Below, in pieces: positions 1-8,781 of a DNA stretch of 64,000 bases (positions within the stretch are counted from its first letter, which is position 1; each line of letters opens with the position of its first letter). The DNA lies in the IMG/VR virus record IMGVR_UViG_2893967813_000002, positions 12,653-76,652 of that record. One strand, 5' to 3'. Made by a program: the position numbers and the translations under genes. The stretch is from a virus. Its lineage: Duplodnaviria > Caudoviricetes. Under the pieces are notes generated by a model. The model worked only from the letters and a program-made list of their open reading frames with translations. It searched no databases and was not told where the DNA came from.

Positions 1-1
1 C

Positions 2-1414
2 CTCCGTGTCGAACCTTACGAGTATCAGCGTGAGGGAATCTGCTTCGGGTTGGAGCATAAGCGCATAATCATCGGCGATGAGCCGGGCTTGGGAAAGACA
101 TTGCAGTCTATTGGCATTGTCGATACTGCCAATGCTTATCCCTGCCTTGTCATTTGTCCGTCATCATTGAAAATCAATTGGCAGCGCGAGTTTGAAAAGT
201 TCACGGACAAGTCAGCCATTGTGCTTGATAACAACGTGCGTACCACTTGGGGCTATCTTCTCTCAATGGGAGTTCATCAGGTCGCCATAGTCAATTATGA
301 AAGCCTGCGTAAGTTCTTTGTATGGGACATCCGAGGAGGAAAGCAGTTTCGGTTGAAGGATGTTGTTTTCAATCCGCAGATACAGGCGTTCAAGTCCATA
401 ATCATAGATGAAAGCCATCGTGTCAAAGACCCGTCAGCACAACAGACAATCTTCACAAAAGGGTTGTCCGTAGGTAAGGACTGGTGCATTCTCCTGTCAG
501 GTACTCCTGTGGTTAACCGTCCCGAAGATTTAATCGCGCAGTTGTCCATCATGAACCGTTTGGGCGAGTTTGGTGGGCGTGCCAAGTTCATTGCTGATTA
601 TTGTACCGACCCTAAAGACAAGACTGCCGAACCTGCTGTTCCTCTTTCCGAACTGTCAAGACAGTTATACGATACATGTATGATACGCAGAGAGAAAGCA
701 AAAGTGCTTCCCCAATTGCCTGACAAGACAAGGGTTGATTTGTATGTAGATATTTCAAATGACAAGGAATATAATCTTGCAGCCGAAGACCTTGCCGCTT
801 ACTTGCAGGAATACACAGAATGTACAGATTGGGAGATACGCCGCAAAATGCGCATGGAGGCTCTTGTCAAGTTTATGACTTTGCGCTCCTTGGCTACAAG
901 GGGAAAGATAGCACAGGCGGTTGATTTTATCCGAACATTCCTTGACAGCGGAAAGAAACTCATTGTATTCTGTTCGCTTCACGAGATTGTGGATGAATTG
1001 CAAAAGGTATTCCCCCGTGCCGTCACGGTTACAGGGCGTGACAGCGCAGTAAGCAAACAGGCTTCGGTAGACGCTTTTCAGAACAACCCCAATGTGCAGC
1101 TCATCATCTGTTCCATCAAAGCTGCCGGTGTCGGACTTACGCTGACAGCAGCGTCCGATGTGGCGTTCATCGAACTGGCTTGGACGTATGCCGATTGCTG
1201 TCAATGCGAAGACCGTGCTCACCGTATCGGGCAGAAAGACAATGTAACCTGTTACTATCTGCTTGGTCGTGGCACTATCGACCATACGATATACCGCCTC
1301 ATCCATCGCAAAAAATCCATTGCCAACGAGATTATGAATGCTGACGATGAAATACCAACCGATGAAATGTATTTCAATGAGTTGGTAAAATCATTCTTAA
1401 ACACTTCGGGGTGA
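2..1414 (+). CDS. SNF2/SMARCAL1-like DEAH helicase (5'-truncated by window)
   Basis: Frame open from base 2; motifs GDEPGLGKT, IIDESH, LSGTP, QCEDRAHRIGQ. Confidence 0.9.
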   Translation, partial: LRVEPYEYQREGICFGLEHKRIIIGDEPGLGKTLQSIGIVDTANAYPCLVICPSSLKINWQREFEKFTDKSAIVLDNNVRTTWGYLLSMGVHQVAIVNYESLRKFFVWDIRGGKQFRLKDVVFNPQIQAFKSIIIDESHRVKDPSAQQTIFTKGLSVGKDWCILLSGTPVVNRPEDLIAQLSIMNRLGEFGGRAKFIADYCTDPKDKTAEPAVPLSELSRQLYDTCMIRREKAKVLPQLPDKTRVDLYVDISNDKEYNLAAEDLAAYLQEYTECTDWEIRRKMRMEALVKFMTLRSLATRGKIAQAVDFIRTFLDSGKKLIVFCSLHEIVDELQKVFPRAVTVTGRDSAVSKQASVDAFQNNPNVQLIICSIKAAGVGLTLTAASDVAFIELAWTYADCCQCEDRAHRIGQKDNVTCYYLLGRGTIDHTIYRLIHRKKSIANEIMNADDEIPTDEMYFNELVKSFLNTSG

Positions 1415-1584
1415 TGGGGATTTGTAAAACAGATATGCAGAAGATTATCAAGTATCTCGATGACGCTGCAAAGGTATATGACAGCCTGCCCGGACAACGA
1501 AATAACTGCCGAGCGTGGGTTATTAGACAAATGATAAAGAAGTTAGAAAAGAAATTATTCACCTTTAATCAAAAAGAAAAATGA
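1414..1584 (+). CDS. Small hypothetical phage protein (56 aa, MGICKTDMQKII...)
   Basis: Read manually; start and stop overlap both neighbours (ATGA-type coupling). Confidence 0.6.
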   Translation: MGICKTDMQKIIKYLDDAAKVYDSLPGQRNNCRAWVIRQMIKKLEKKLFTFNQKEK

Positions 1585-1859
1585 TAAAGACTGACATCGT
1601 TGATTACGTAATCAACAACACGACTTTAAGTCGTTCACAGGCAATTAACGCTACCGACAGCGTGATAGAGGCTATAAGCCATTCGCTCATTAAGGGCGAA
1701 AGTGTGTTTATCCGTGGTTTTGCTACCATCAAGGCGGTTATTACAGCCCCTAAAAAGGCTCGTAATATCAACAAAGGAACGGCTGTTACTATTCCGGCAC
1801 AACATTCCGCCAAACTTGTGTTAAGCAAAGAATTAAAAGAACGTATGAATAAAAAATAA
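1581..1859 (+). CDS. HU/IHF-family DNA-binding protein
   Basis: 92 aa; IKGESVFIRGFATIK and KARNINKGTAVTIPA match the HU beta-arm pattern. Confidence 0.88.
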   Translation: MIKTDIVDYVINNTTLSRSQAINATDSVIEAISHSLIKGESVFIRGFATIKAVITAPKKARNINKGTAVTIPAQHSAKLVLSKELKERMNKK

Positions 1860-1867
1860 TTAGTAGT

Positions 1868-2714
1868 ATGGTAGAAACAAGAAAGAATGAAATACGCTAC
1901 GTAACTTCCGACCCATCAAAAATGCTGAATAAATACCTTGCCAAACGAGTTATTAAGACATGGGAGGAGTCTTTTATTGACGAAGGCACTGGCGAAACAG
2001 TCAATATTGAACGGAATGAAGTATTGTTTGAGCGTGGCACACTCATAGACCAGGATATTCTTGCGAAAATACGTTTCAGTATGGAAGCTGACGGTATCAA
2101 GGAAGTGGAGGTCAGCAATCAGAACAGATTGGCTTTTGAACTTGAAAATAATTTTATGCATCCTTTTATATCTCAAGTTGAGATAGGAGACAAGAAACAC
2201 AAATTCCTGTTATATGCAATATGTCTTTATAATGCACTTGATATATTAAAAGACTACATCGAATTGAATTACAAGAACGGATTCAGAATCATAATGGCAA
2301 AAGAATTTGATTCTTGTATTATCATTACTGATAACCTGAAAGAGTTTACAGCCGATGATGCTTCCATTGCATATTTAAAAAATGAAATATCAATGGATGA
2401 ATATGTTGAAAAAGTTGGTACTGAAGAGTGTGAGGAATCCAAGCCGGAAGACAATAAGTTCTACCAAATAGAAACGACCATCACTTTTGATGAAGAACAG
2501 CATGAACAAACATTCGTTGTACATACATTCAACGTTGATAGAGCTATGATGCTTATTTCTCATTATCTCAAAGTTAAGGAGGATGAATGTGAAAAGAATG
2601 CTATCAAACGGGCATGTCTATAATAAAAGGGAAATCCATACAGCAATCGAAGCTGTAAAGGCTATTCCTGTGGGGCGTTTTATTCCACGTGAGTTTTCAA
2701 TGGCATATATGTAA
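1868..2714 (+). CDS. Hypothetical phage protein, frameshift near 2608
   Basis: ORF 1868-2623 continues in another frame as GHVYNKREIHTAIEAVKAIPVGRFIPREFSMAYM* ending at 2714. Confidence 0.6.
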
Positions 2715-2724
2715 AAATACAGCT

Positions 2725-3150
2725 ATGAAGAAAACAACTTTTGATGAAATGATGTCCCGGATGAAAAAGGAATCCGGGCATCGTAAACGACCATCGGATG
2801 AAGAACATCGCATACAATGTACATGTGTACGGTGGTTTTCCCTCCAATATCCACAACTTGACGGCAGGCTGTTCGCTGTTCCCAACGGTGGCAGACGGGA
2901 TGCCGTCACAGCTGCAAAACTCAGAGCAGAGGGTGTTGTGGCAGGGGTGGCAGACCTCATCCTGTTAAAGAGCAACCGTGATTACGGAGCATTGCTCATC
3001 GAAATGAAAACCATCAAAGGCAGACAGAGCGAGAGCCAAAAGAAATGGCAAAAAACTGTATGCTTCAATGAGGAATACAAATATGTGGTGTGTCGCTCCT
3101 TTGACGATTTCAAACGAGAGGTGGACGACTACTTAAAAAACGAATATTAA
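2725..3150 (+). CDS. VRR-NUC domain nuclease/resolvase
   Basis: EHRIQ..., LFAVPNGGRR, GVVAGVADL, LLIEMK (PD-(D/E)xK). Confidence 0.85.
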   Translation: MKKTTFDEMMSRMKKESGHRKRPSDEEHRIQCTCVRWFSLQYPQLDGRLFAVPNGGRRDAVTAAKLRAEGVVAGVADLILLKSNRDYGALLIEMKTIKGRQSESQKKWQKTVCFNEEYKYVVCRSFDDFKREVDDYLKNEY

Positions 3151-3155
3151 TTGAT

Positions 3156-3958
3156 ATGTCGCCTATGGCACGGACTATAAAGAAAGGTCTTGACTATTTC
3201 CCGATGGACATAGATATATTCAACGACCTTAAAATAAGGAAACTAATCAAGTATCAAGGTGGAAAATCCATAACGGTATATGCTCTGCTGCTCTGTAATA
3301 TCTACAAGAATGGGTATTATATGAAGTGGGATAAAGAGTTGCCTTTCATTTGCTCGGAACTGACGGGATTTGAGGAGGCATATATATCGGAAGTAATCAA
3401 AACCTGCCTGACACTGGGGTTGTTTTCAAAAGGACTGTTCGATGCGGATGGAGTGCTTACATCAAAAGGTATTCAAGAACGGTATAGTCGTATCTGTATT
3501 CAATGCCGCAGGGTATGCGACATTTCTGATTATTGTCTGCTTGAATCGAAAGTGAAAAAGACTCTAAGCAGCAAGGCAAAACAACAGAAACCGAAGAATA
3601 CTGCTACTGCCCAACAAGACACACAGCCCCATTATGAACCTTATTCACTCACGCTTGACCAGGAAATTGAAGAACTGAAAGGCGATGAATGTTGGCTTGA
3701 CCAATTACAGGTCATTCATCGCATGGAAATTTCTTTGCTTCGCAACAGATTGGATGATTTTCGGGTGCAATGTCTGGCGGACGGCAAAGAGAGAGGACAC
3801 CAATCATTGCAAGATGCCAAACAGCATTTCAATTCATGGTTACGAATAGTGAATAAAAACAAGACGAAAGATGATAAAGATAGAAGCACAGGACGAAATC
3901 AGCGTAGAGGCAATGTTCTCTCGCTGATGAGCAGAAAACGTACGGCGACTCGTTTTAG
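3156..3958 (+). CDS. Replication initiator, DUF4373/Lin1244-like N-terminus
   Basis: MARTIKKGLDYFPMDIDIF...KIRKLI. Natural end is probably ...ADEQKTYGDSF* (TAG 3956-3958), reached by +1 nt near 3922. Confidence 0.72.
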
Positions 3959-4604
3959 ACTGCCATATACCGCCAAACAGGTTTATGCAATGCTCTATGC
4001 AGCTTGTCAAGTGGAGGTTGTTAATAGGCATCGGGAGTTCGTTGTTACTGACGAATACAAGAAACATCTTTGGGACATTTCCCAATGGCTGACATCAAAA
4101 GATTCAACATTCGGATTGTTCCTTTGCGGTGGAGCCGGTAATGGAAAGACAACCATTCTCCGTGCCTTGCAAAATCTCACAAACTACTTGCGTAGCGATG
4201 AGTCATATACCAGTAGGCAGGATGATTATCCCACACGTGGCTATACCTTCATCACTGCGAAAGACCTTGTACTGCTTGCCAAGGCATACAACAATCCCAC
4301 TCGTGAGAACGAGAGTGAGGTGTACCGGTACAAAAAATTACGCAGCATTGAGATACTGGCGATTGACGACCTTGGTCAAGAACCCAAGGAGAGCATTCAC
4401 TATGGCGACTTCGTTACGGCGGCCATGGATATTATCTCTTTTCGTTATGAGGAACAATTCTGCACTTTGGTGTCATCCAATCTTTCTGCTACCGAGATTG
4501 CTACTTATTACGATGAACGTATTGCCGACCGCTTTCGTGAAATGATGCATATCATCAATTTCAGTACGGAGCAATCATTCAGGAAATTAAAATCAAACAA
4601 ATAG
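3871..4604 (+). CDS. DnaC/IstB-like AAA+ helicase loader
   Basis: Walker A GGAGNGKT, Walker B LAIDDLG, SSNLS, ERIADRFREM. Appears fused to the initiator in this assembly. Confidence 0.82.
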
Positions 4605-4609
4605 GAACT

Positions 4610-4780
4610 ATGAACAAAGATTACAGTTACTGTTCGGGCGTTACCTGCCCCATCCGAAACGAGTGCAAAAGATATTTGCCCGACCCTCCTGATGTACCGC
4701 TATGGTGGATACCACCTGCCTACAAAGAGAATCTTAAACAGTGTCCTCACTTTGAAAAGACTAATAGAAACAACAAATGA
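4610..4780 (+). CDS. Small Cys-rich phage protein (56 aa)
   Basis: Read manually: MNKDYSYCSGVTCPIRNECKRY...CPHF; ATGA overlap with the next gene. Confidence 0.6.
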   Translation: MNKDYSYCSGVTCPIRNECKRYLPDPPDVPLWWIPPAYKENLKQCPHFEKTNRNNK

Positions 4781-5103
4781 AACGAGAAGATATAAAAAAA
4801 ACGGCAACCAGTTATGCAAATGATGTTTGCAAAGGCTCGCGCTATAGATGGGGTCTTGAACAGTATTGCATAGTTGATTTTATGGAGGGTGCGAAATGGC
4901 GCATCAGTAGCGTGTGGCATGATGGAGAAAAAAAGCCTAAACGTGGAGCGGAGGTCTTAATCATGTTGGATAATAATATAATCCTCAAAGCCAAATTCGA
5001 GGGATGGGGATATTCTTATTGCACAAACATAGAGTTTGACAACGTTCCTGAAATCACTCGCTGGGCATACGTAGAAGATTTACTACCTAATATGGAGGAT
5101 TAA
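4777..5103 (+). CDS. Hypothetical phage protein (DUF551-like)
   Basis: WHDGEKKP...VLI and ITRWAYVEDLLP patterns. Confidence 0.6.
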   Translation: MKREDIKKTATSYANDVCKGSRYRWGLEQYCIVDFMEGAKWRISSVWHDGEKKPKRGAEVLIMLDNNIILKAKFEGWGYSYCTNIEFDNVPEITRWAYVEDLLPNMED

Positions 5104-5106
5104 ATC

Positions 5107-5412
5107 ATGAAACCAATATTAAATACTGAAGACATTAGGAAATTAAAGATAGATGAACGCTTAATTGAATGTTCTTGTGGCAAAGTGAATTATTATAGAT
5201 TCCTATGTTTCCATCCACGAAACACCAATTATGTAATTCTATTAAATCATTGCGAAGAACCTGAAAGATTTTACGTTCAATGCCTTATAGACCGATTCTA
5301 TATAGATTACACAACTCGTGATATAATTACTTATCGTAGAGATTATGCCCTTAAGAAACTCAAAGAGTTTGAACAAGCATTATCTGAATTAGGAGATAAA
5401 GCTGAGTTATGA
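5107..5412 (+). CDS. Hypothetical phage protein
   Basis: 101-aa ORF in a tightly packed operon. Confidence 0.6.
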   Translation: MKPILNTEDIRKLKIDERLIECSCGKVNYYRFLCFHPRNTNYVILLNHCEEPERFYVQCLIDRFYIDYTTRDIITYRRDYALKKLKEFEQALSELGDKAEL

Positions 5413-5415
5413 GAT

Positions 5416-5940
5416 ATGCACATAGAAATCAAGACAAGAACAATGGAATTTAAATCACAGATATGTACCACACGTGAGCAGTCAAAAAGATTGCTCGCAT
5501 TGGGACTAAAGCCGGGAACGGCAGATATGGTGTATCATTACACAAAGAGTAAAGTACCTGCATTGGAATGGGAGTTGAAAACTAATCCGCCTACATCAAG
5601 AGGTGAGTTTTGGACACCCCAAAGAATAGCAAAGTTAACATTTCCTTTTCATAAGCATCCAGATGGAACACCGATGACCGGTGAAGAGGTGTTTGATGAA
5701 TTGTGGGGGAAGGATGTTCCTGCATGGAGTTTGTGTAGGCTGTTGGAGTTACTTCCGACCGAAATCAGAATAGGAACCAGTGAGAATGTTTTTAGCTTGC
5801 ATCACGAAACAAGCGATGCTTGGTTACTCTCTTATCCCTATGTGAAATCCTTTGAAACCGCATCACCTGTCGAATCTTGTGTATTGGCTATTGATTGGCT
5901 GATTGACAACGGACACTTTAATAAAGATTATTTATTATGA
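5416..5940 (+). CDS. Hypothetical phage protein
   Basis: ICTTREQSKRLLALGL...PAWSL; overlaps the methylase start. Confidence 0.65.
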   Translation: MHIEIKTRTMEFKSQICTTREQSKRLLALGLKPGTADMVYHYTKSKVPALEWELKTNPPTSRGEFWTPQRIAKLTFPFHKHPDGTPMTGEEVFDELWGKDVPAWSLCRLLELLPTEIRIGTSENVFSLHHETSDAWLLSYPYVKSFETASPVESCVLAIDWLIDNGHFNKDYLL

Positions 5941-7541
5941 ACTTATTATACATTGACTTGTTTTGTGGGGCAGGAGGAACATCTACGGGTGTCAATTCTG
6001 CACGAATATCTGGCGAACAATGTGCTACTGTTATTGCCTGTGTTAATCACGACAAGAACGCTATTGCTTCACACGCCGCCAATCACCCCGAAGCGATGCA
6101 CTTTACGGAGGATATTCGTACTCTCGAACTATCGCCACTTGTAAAGCATCTGCAAAGCTGCCGCCGTCAGTATCCCGATGCATTGGTCGTTCTATGGGCA
6201 TCGTTGGAGTGTACTAATTTCAGTAAGGCGAAGGGAGGTATGCCTCGTGATGCAGATAGTCGCACACTCGCAGAACACCTTTTCCGTTATATCGAGGCTA
6301 TCAATCCCGATTACATTCAGATAGAGAATGTAGAGGAGTTTATGTCGTGGGGCGATGTGGACGAAAACGGCAAGCCTGTTTCAATGGATAAGGGCAAGAG
6401 TTACACACGTTGGGTACGCAATGTGAAGAAGTACGGTTATAACTTTGATTTCCGCATACTCAATGCTGCCGATTATGGTGCGTACACCTCACGCAAACGC
6501 TTCTTTGGTATCTTTGCCAAGAAAGGTTTGCCTATCACGTTCCCCGAAGCCACCCACAGCAAGGAGGGTGCAACATCGCTATTTGGCTCGTTAGAAAAGT
6601 GGAGACCTGTACGTGAGTGCCTTGACTTTGATGATGAGGGAGATAGCATCTTTGGACGTAAGAAACCGCTTGTTGAGGCTACATTGGAGCGTATATATGC
6701 TGGGTTGATAAAGTTTGTTGCAGGTGGCAAAGATGCGTTTCTTGTCAAGTACAATTCCGTTAATAAAAAGACAGGAAAGCATATACCTCCGTCCATTGAT
6801 GAACCTTGCCCTACTGTTGCTACACAAAATCGCCTCGGATTGGCAAAGGTTACGTTCCTGTCAAAACAGTTCAGCGGCGACCCGATGAGCAAGAATGTGT
6901 CTGTTGATGCTCCTGCAGGAACAATTACCTGCAAAGACCACCACGCATTTATATCAGCGTATTATGGTAATGGGCATAACCATTCTGTTGATGATGCTTC
7001 ACCGACGCTAACAACAAAGGACCGCCTTTCGCTTATACAGACAGAACGGTTTATTGATATGCAGTACGGCAACGGCAAAGCCTCATCGTTGGAGGACCCT
7101 GCCAATACAGTAACTACAAATCCGAAGTTCAACCTTGTGTCTGTTAAGAGGCATTATCTTCTAAACCCACAATACAAGTCAGCAGGAGGCTCTGTCGATA
7201 AACCATGCTTCACGCTCATCGCTCGAATGGATAAAATGCCACCATATTTGATTGCTACGGAGAGTGGCGATGTAGATGTGATAGTGTATGACACCGACAG
7301 CCCAATGACGGCTAAAATAAAGGAATTTATGGCACTATACGGCATTATAGACATAAAGATGCGTATGCTCAAAGTTCCCGAACTTAAAAAGATTATGGGA
7401 TTCCCCGAAAATTATGTGTTGGTAGGGACACAAGCGGAGCAAAAGAAATACATCGGCAATGCTGTTGAGGTTACTATCGCACGTCGTTGGTGTGAGTCCC
7501 TTTGTGCAAAGCTCAAAGAACATTTCAAAAAAGCCGCTTGA
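5937..7541 (+). CDS. DNA cytosine-5 methyltransferase
   Basis: Motif I IDLFCGAGG, motif IV SLECTNFS, motif VI IENV, motif VIII RKR, motif X IGNAV. Confidence 0.92.
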   Translation: MNLLYIDLFCGAGGTSTGVNSARISGEQCATVIACVNHDKNAIASHAANHPEAMHFTEDIRTLELSPLVKHLQSCRRQYPDALVVLWASLECTNFSKAKGGMPRDADSRTLAEHLFRYIEAINPDYIQIENVEEFMSWGDVDENGKPVSMDKGKSYTRWVRNVKKYGYNFDFRILNAADYGAYTSRKRFFGIFAKKGLPITFPEATHSKEGATSLFGSLEKWRPVRECLDFDDEGDSIFGRKKPLVEATLERIYAGLIKFVAGGKDAFLVKYNSVNKKTGKHIPPSIDEPCPTVATQNRLGLAKVTFLSKQFSGDPMSKNVSVDAPAGTITCKDHHAFISAYYGNGHNHSVDDASPTLTTKDRLSLIQTERFIDMQYGNGKASSLEDPANTVTTNPKFNLVSVKRHYLLNPQYKSAGGSVDKPCFTLIARMDKMPPYLIATESGDVDVIVYDTDSPMTAKIKEFMALYGIIDIKMRMLKVPELKKIMGFPENYVLVGTQAEQKKYIGNAVEVTIARRWCESLCAKLKEHFKKAA

Positions 7542-7542
7542 T

Positions 7543-7734
7543 ATGGACGCTAAAACATTCTTCACGAAGGTTGCCCTTATGCGTAAGGCTCAAAAGGAGT
7601 ATTTCAAGACACGCAATCAAACAGCCCTACGGAATAGCAAGGCTCTCGAAGCCGAGATTGACAAAGAGATTGAGCGTGTGAATAACATTATTGGTATAAA
7701 ACAGCCCAAGCAGACTAAATTATTCAATGATTAA
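7543..7734 (+). CDS. Small hypothetical protein
   Basis: MDAKTFFTKVALMRKAQKEYFKTR..., 63 aa. Confidence 0.6.
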   Translation: MDAKTFFTKVALMRKAQKEYFKTRNQTALRNSKALEAEIDKEIERVNNIIGIKQPKQTKLFND

Positions 7735-7746
7735 AATCGAAACGTT

Positions 7747-7983
7747 ATGTATTCTACAGTATTAAAAGAAATTATGGCATTTTTACTCGGACGAAAGTAT
7801 TATGCAAATATAATAGCAACAAGAGGTACAACGAAACAAGAAATTTGTTCCTACATCTTCGCTACAAAAGAAGCTGCTGAGCGGCATCGGGATGAAATTG
7901 AAACAACTCTGTCATTCCGGTATATCGAAACTATTTCGTTCCGTTCCCGAAAAGTCAGTTTGGAAGCGACAGTTAAAAGTTAA
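7747..7983 (+). CDS. Hypothetical protein
   Basis: 78-aa ORF. Confidence 0.6.
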   Translation: MYSTVLKEIMAFLLGRKYYANIIATRGTTKQEICSYIFATKEAAERHRDEIETTLSFRYIETISFRSRKVSLEATVKS

Positions 7984-8016
7984 ACCATCCGTGCACCCGT
8001 TCACTATTTATCTTTG
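7973..8016 (+). promoter_or_regulatory. Putative late promoter TTAAAAGTTAAA-N24-TATCTTTG
   Basis: Bacteroidales -7 box at 8009-8016; upstream motif at 7973-7984 with the same 24-nt gap as five other sites. Confidence 0.6.
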
Positions 8017-8020
8017 AGCT

Positions 8021-8446
8021 ATGATTTTCAAGAAAGTAAAAAAATGGTGGCAGTCACTTCGGTACTACGTCATTGCCGACCCTGCCGACAACTCTGTAAC
8101 ACTCTCAAAAGCGTTGTTCAATCATATCAAGAACGAAGCCTTTGGGAGTGATGAGGCTCGCGTGTTTGTGTTTAAAATAACGGATTCAGGATGCTTCGGG
8201 TTCATGACAAACCCAAGCATCGAGCAACCTACGCAAATGTGCAATATTCAGTACAATGGGAAATACCGTTGTATCGGTTTTGAAACACTCTGTCCGTCTG
8301 TTGGGCAAATCTTATATACATACGGATTAAATGCTTCACAGTGTGTCAAATTATCCGTTTCCGTATGCCGTACAGGGCAGGGTAAAGTTTACTATCAAAT
8401 AGAACGACCCCATGCAAAGCATATTAGGAAATACACGAAAGGCTGA
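8021..8446 (+). CDS. Hypothetical protein
   Basis: 141-aa ORF directly behind the promoter. Confidence 0.7.
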   Translation: MIFKKVKKWWQSLRYYVIADPADNSVTLSKALFNHIKNEAFGSDEARVFVFKITDSGCFGFMTNPSIEQPTQMCNIQYNGKYRCIGFETLCPSVGQILYTYGLNASQCVKLSVSVCRTGQGKVYYQIERPHAKHIRKYTKG

Positions 8447-8780
8447 TATTACTTTCCACGACAATGGACGTATCAATATATCTTCCAGAGTGTCCAAGTT
8501 ATTGGAATTGTCACATGGTGATGTGATTGATATAATGGACGGACAGGGTGAAATATATCTGTATGTCAAGCACCGTGTGCCGGTTGTCGGTAGGCACGAG
8601 GGGATGGTATTCCGTTCCAATAAGAACGGAAATCATTGTATAGCCTCATCCGTGATACTCTGCCGTTACATAATTACAAGGTGCGGAGGAAGTGGAAAGG
8701 TACGGTTGTGTTGTGGGACTCCTGTAGAATTGCAACACTACGGGAAAGCATTGCCGATTATAATTAAATACATATTGTGA
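8412..8780 (+). CDS. Hypothetical protein
   Basis: 122-aa ORF overlapping the previous gene. Confidence 0.7.
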   Translation: MQSILGNTRKADITFHDNGRINISSRVSKLLELSHGDVIDIMDGQGEIYLYVKHRVPVVGRHEGMVFRSNKNGNHCIASSVILCRYIITRCGGSGKVRLCCGTPVELQHYGKALPIIIKYIL

Positions 8781-8781
8781 T

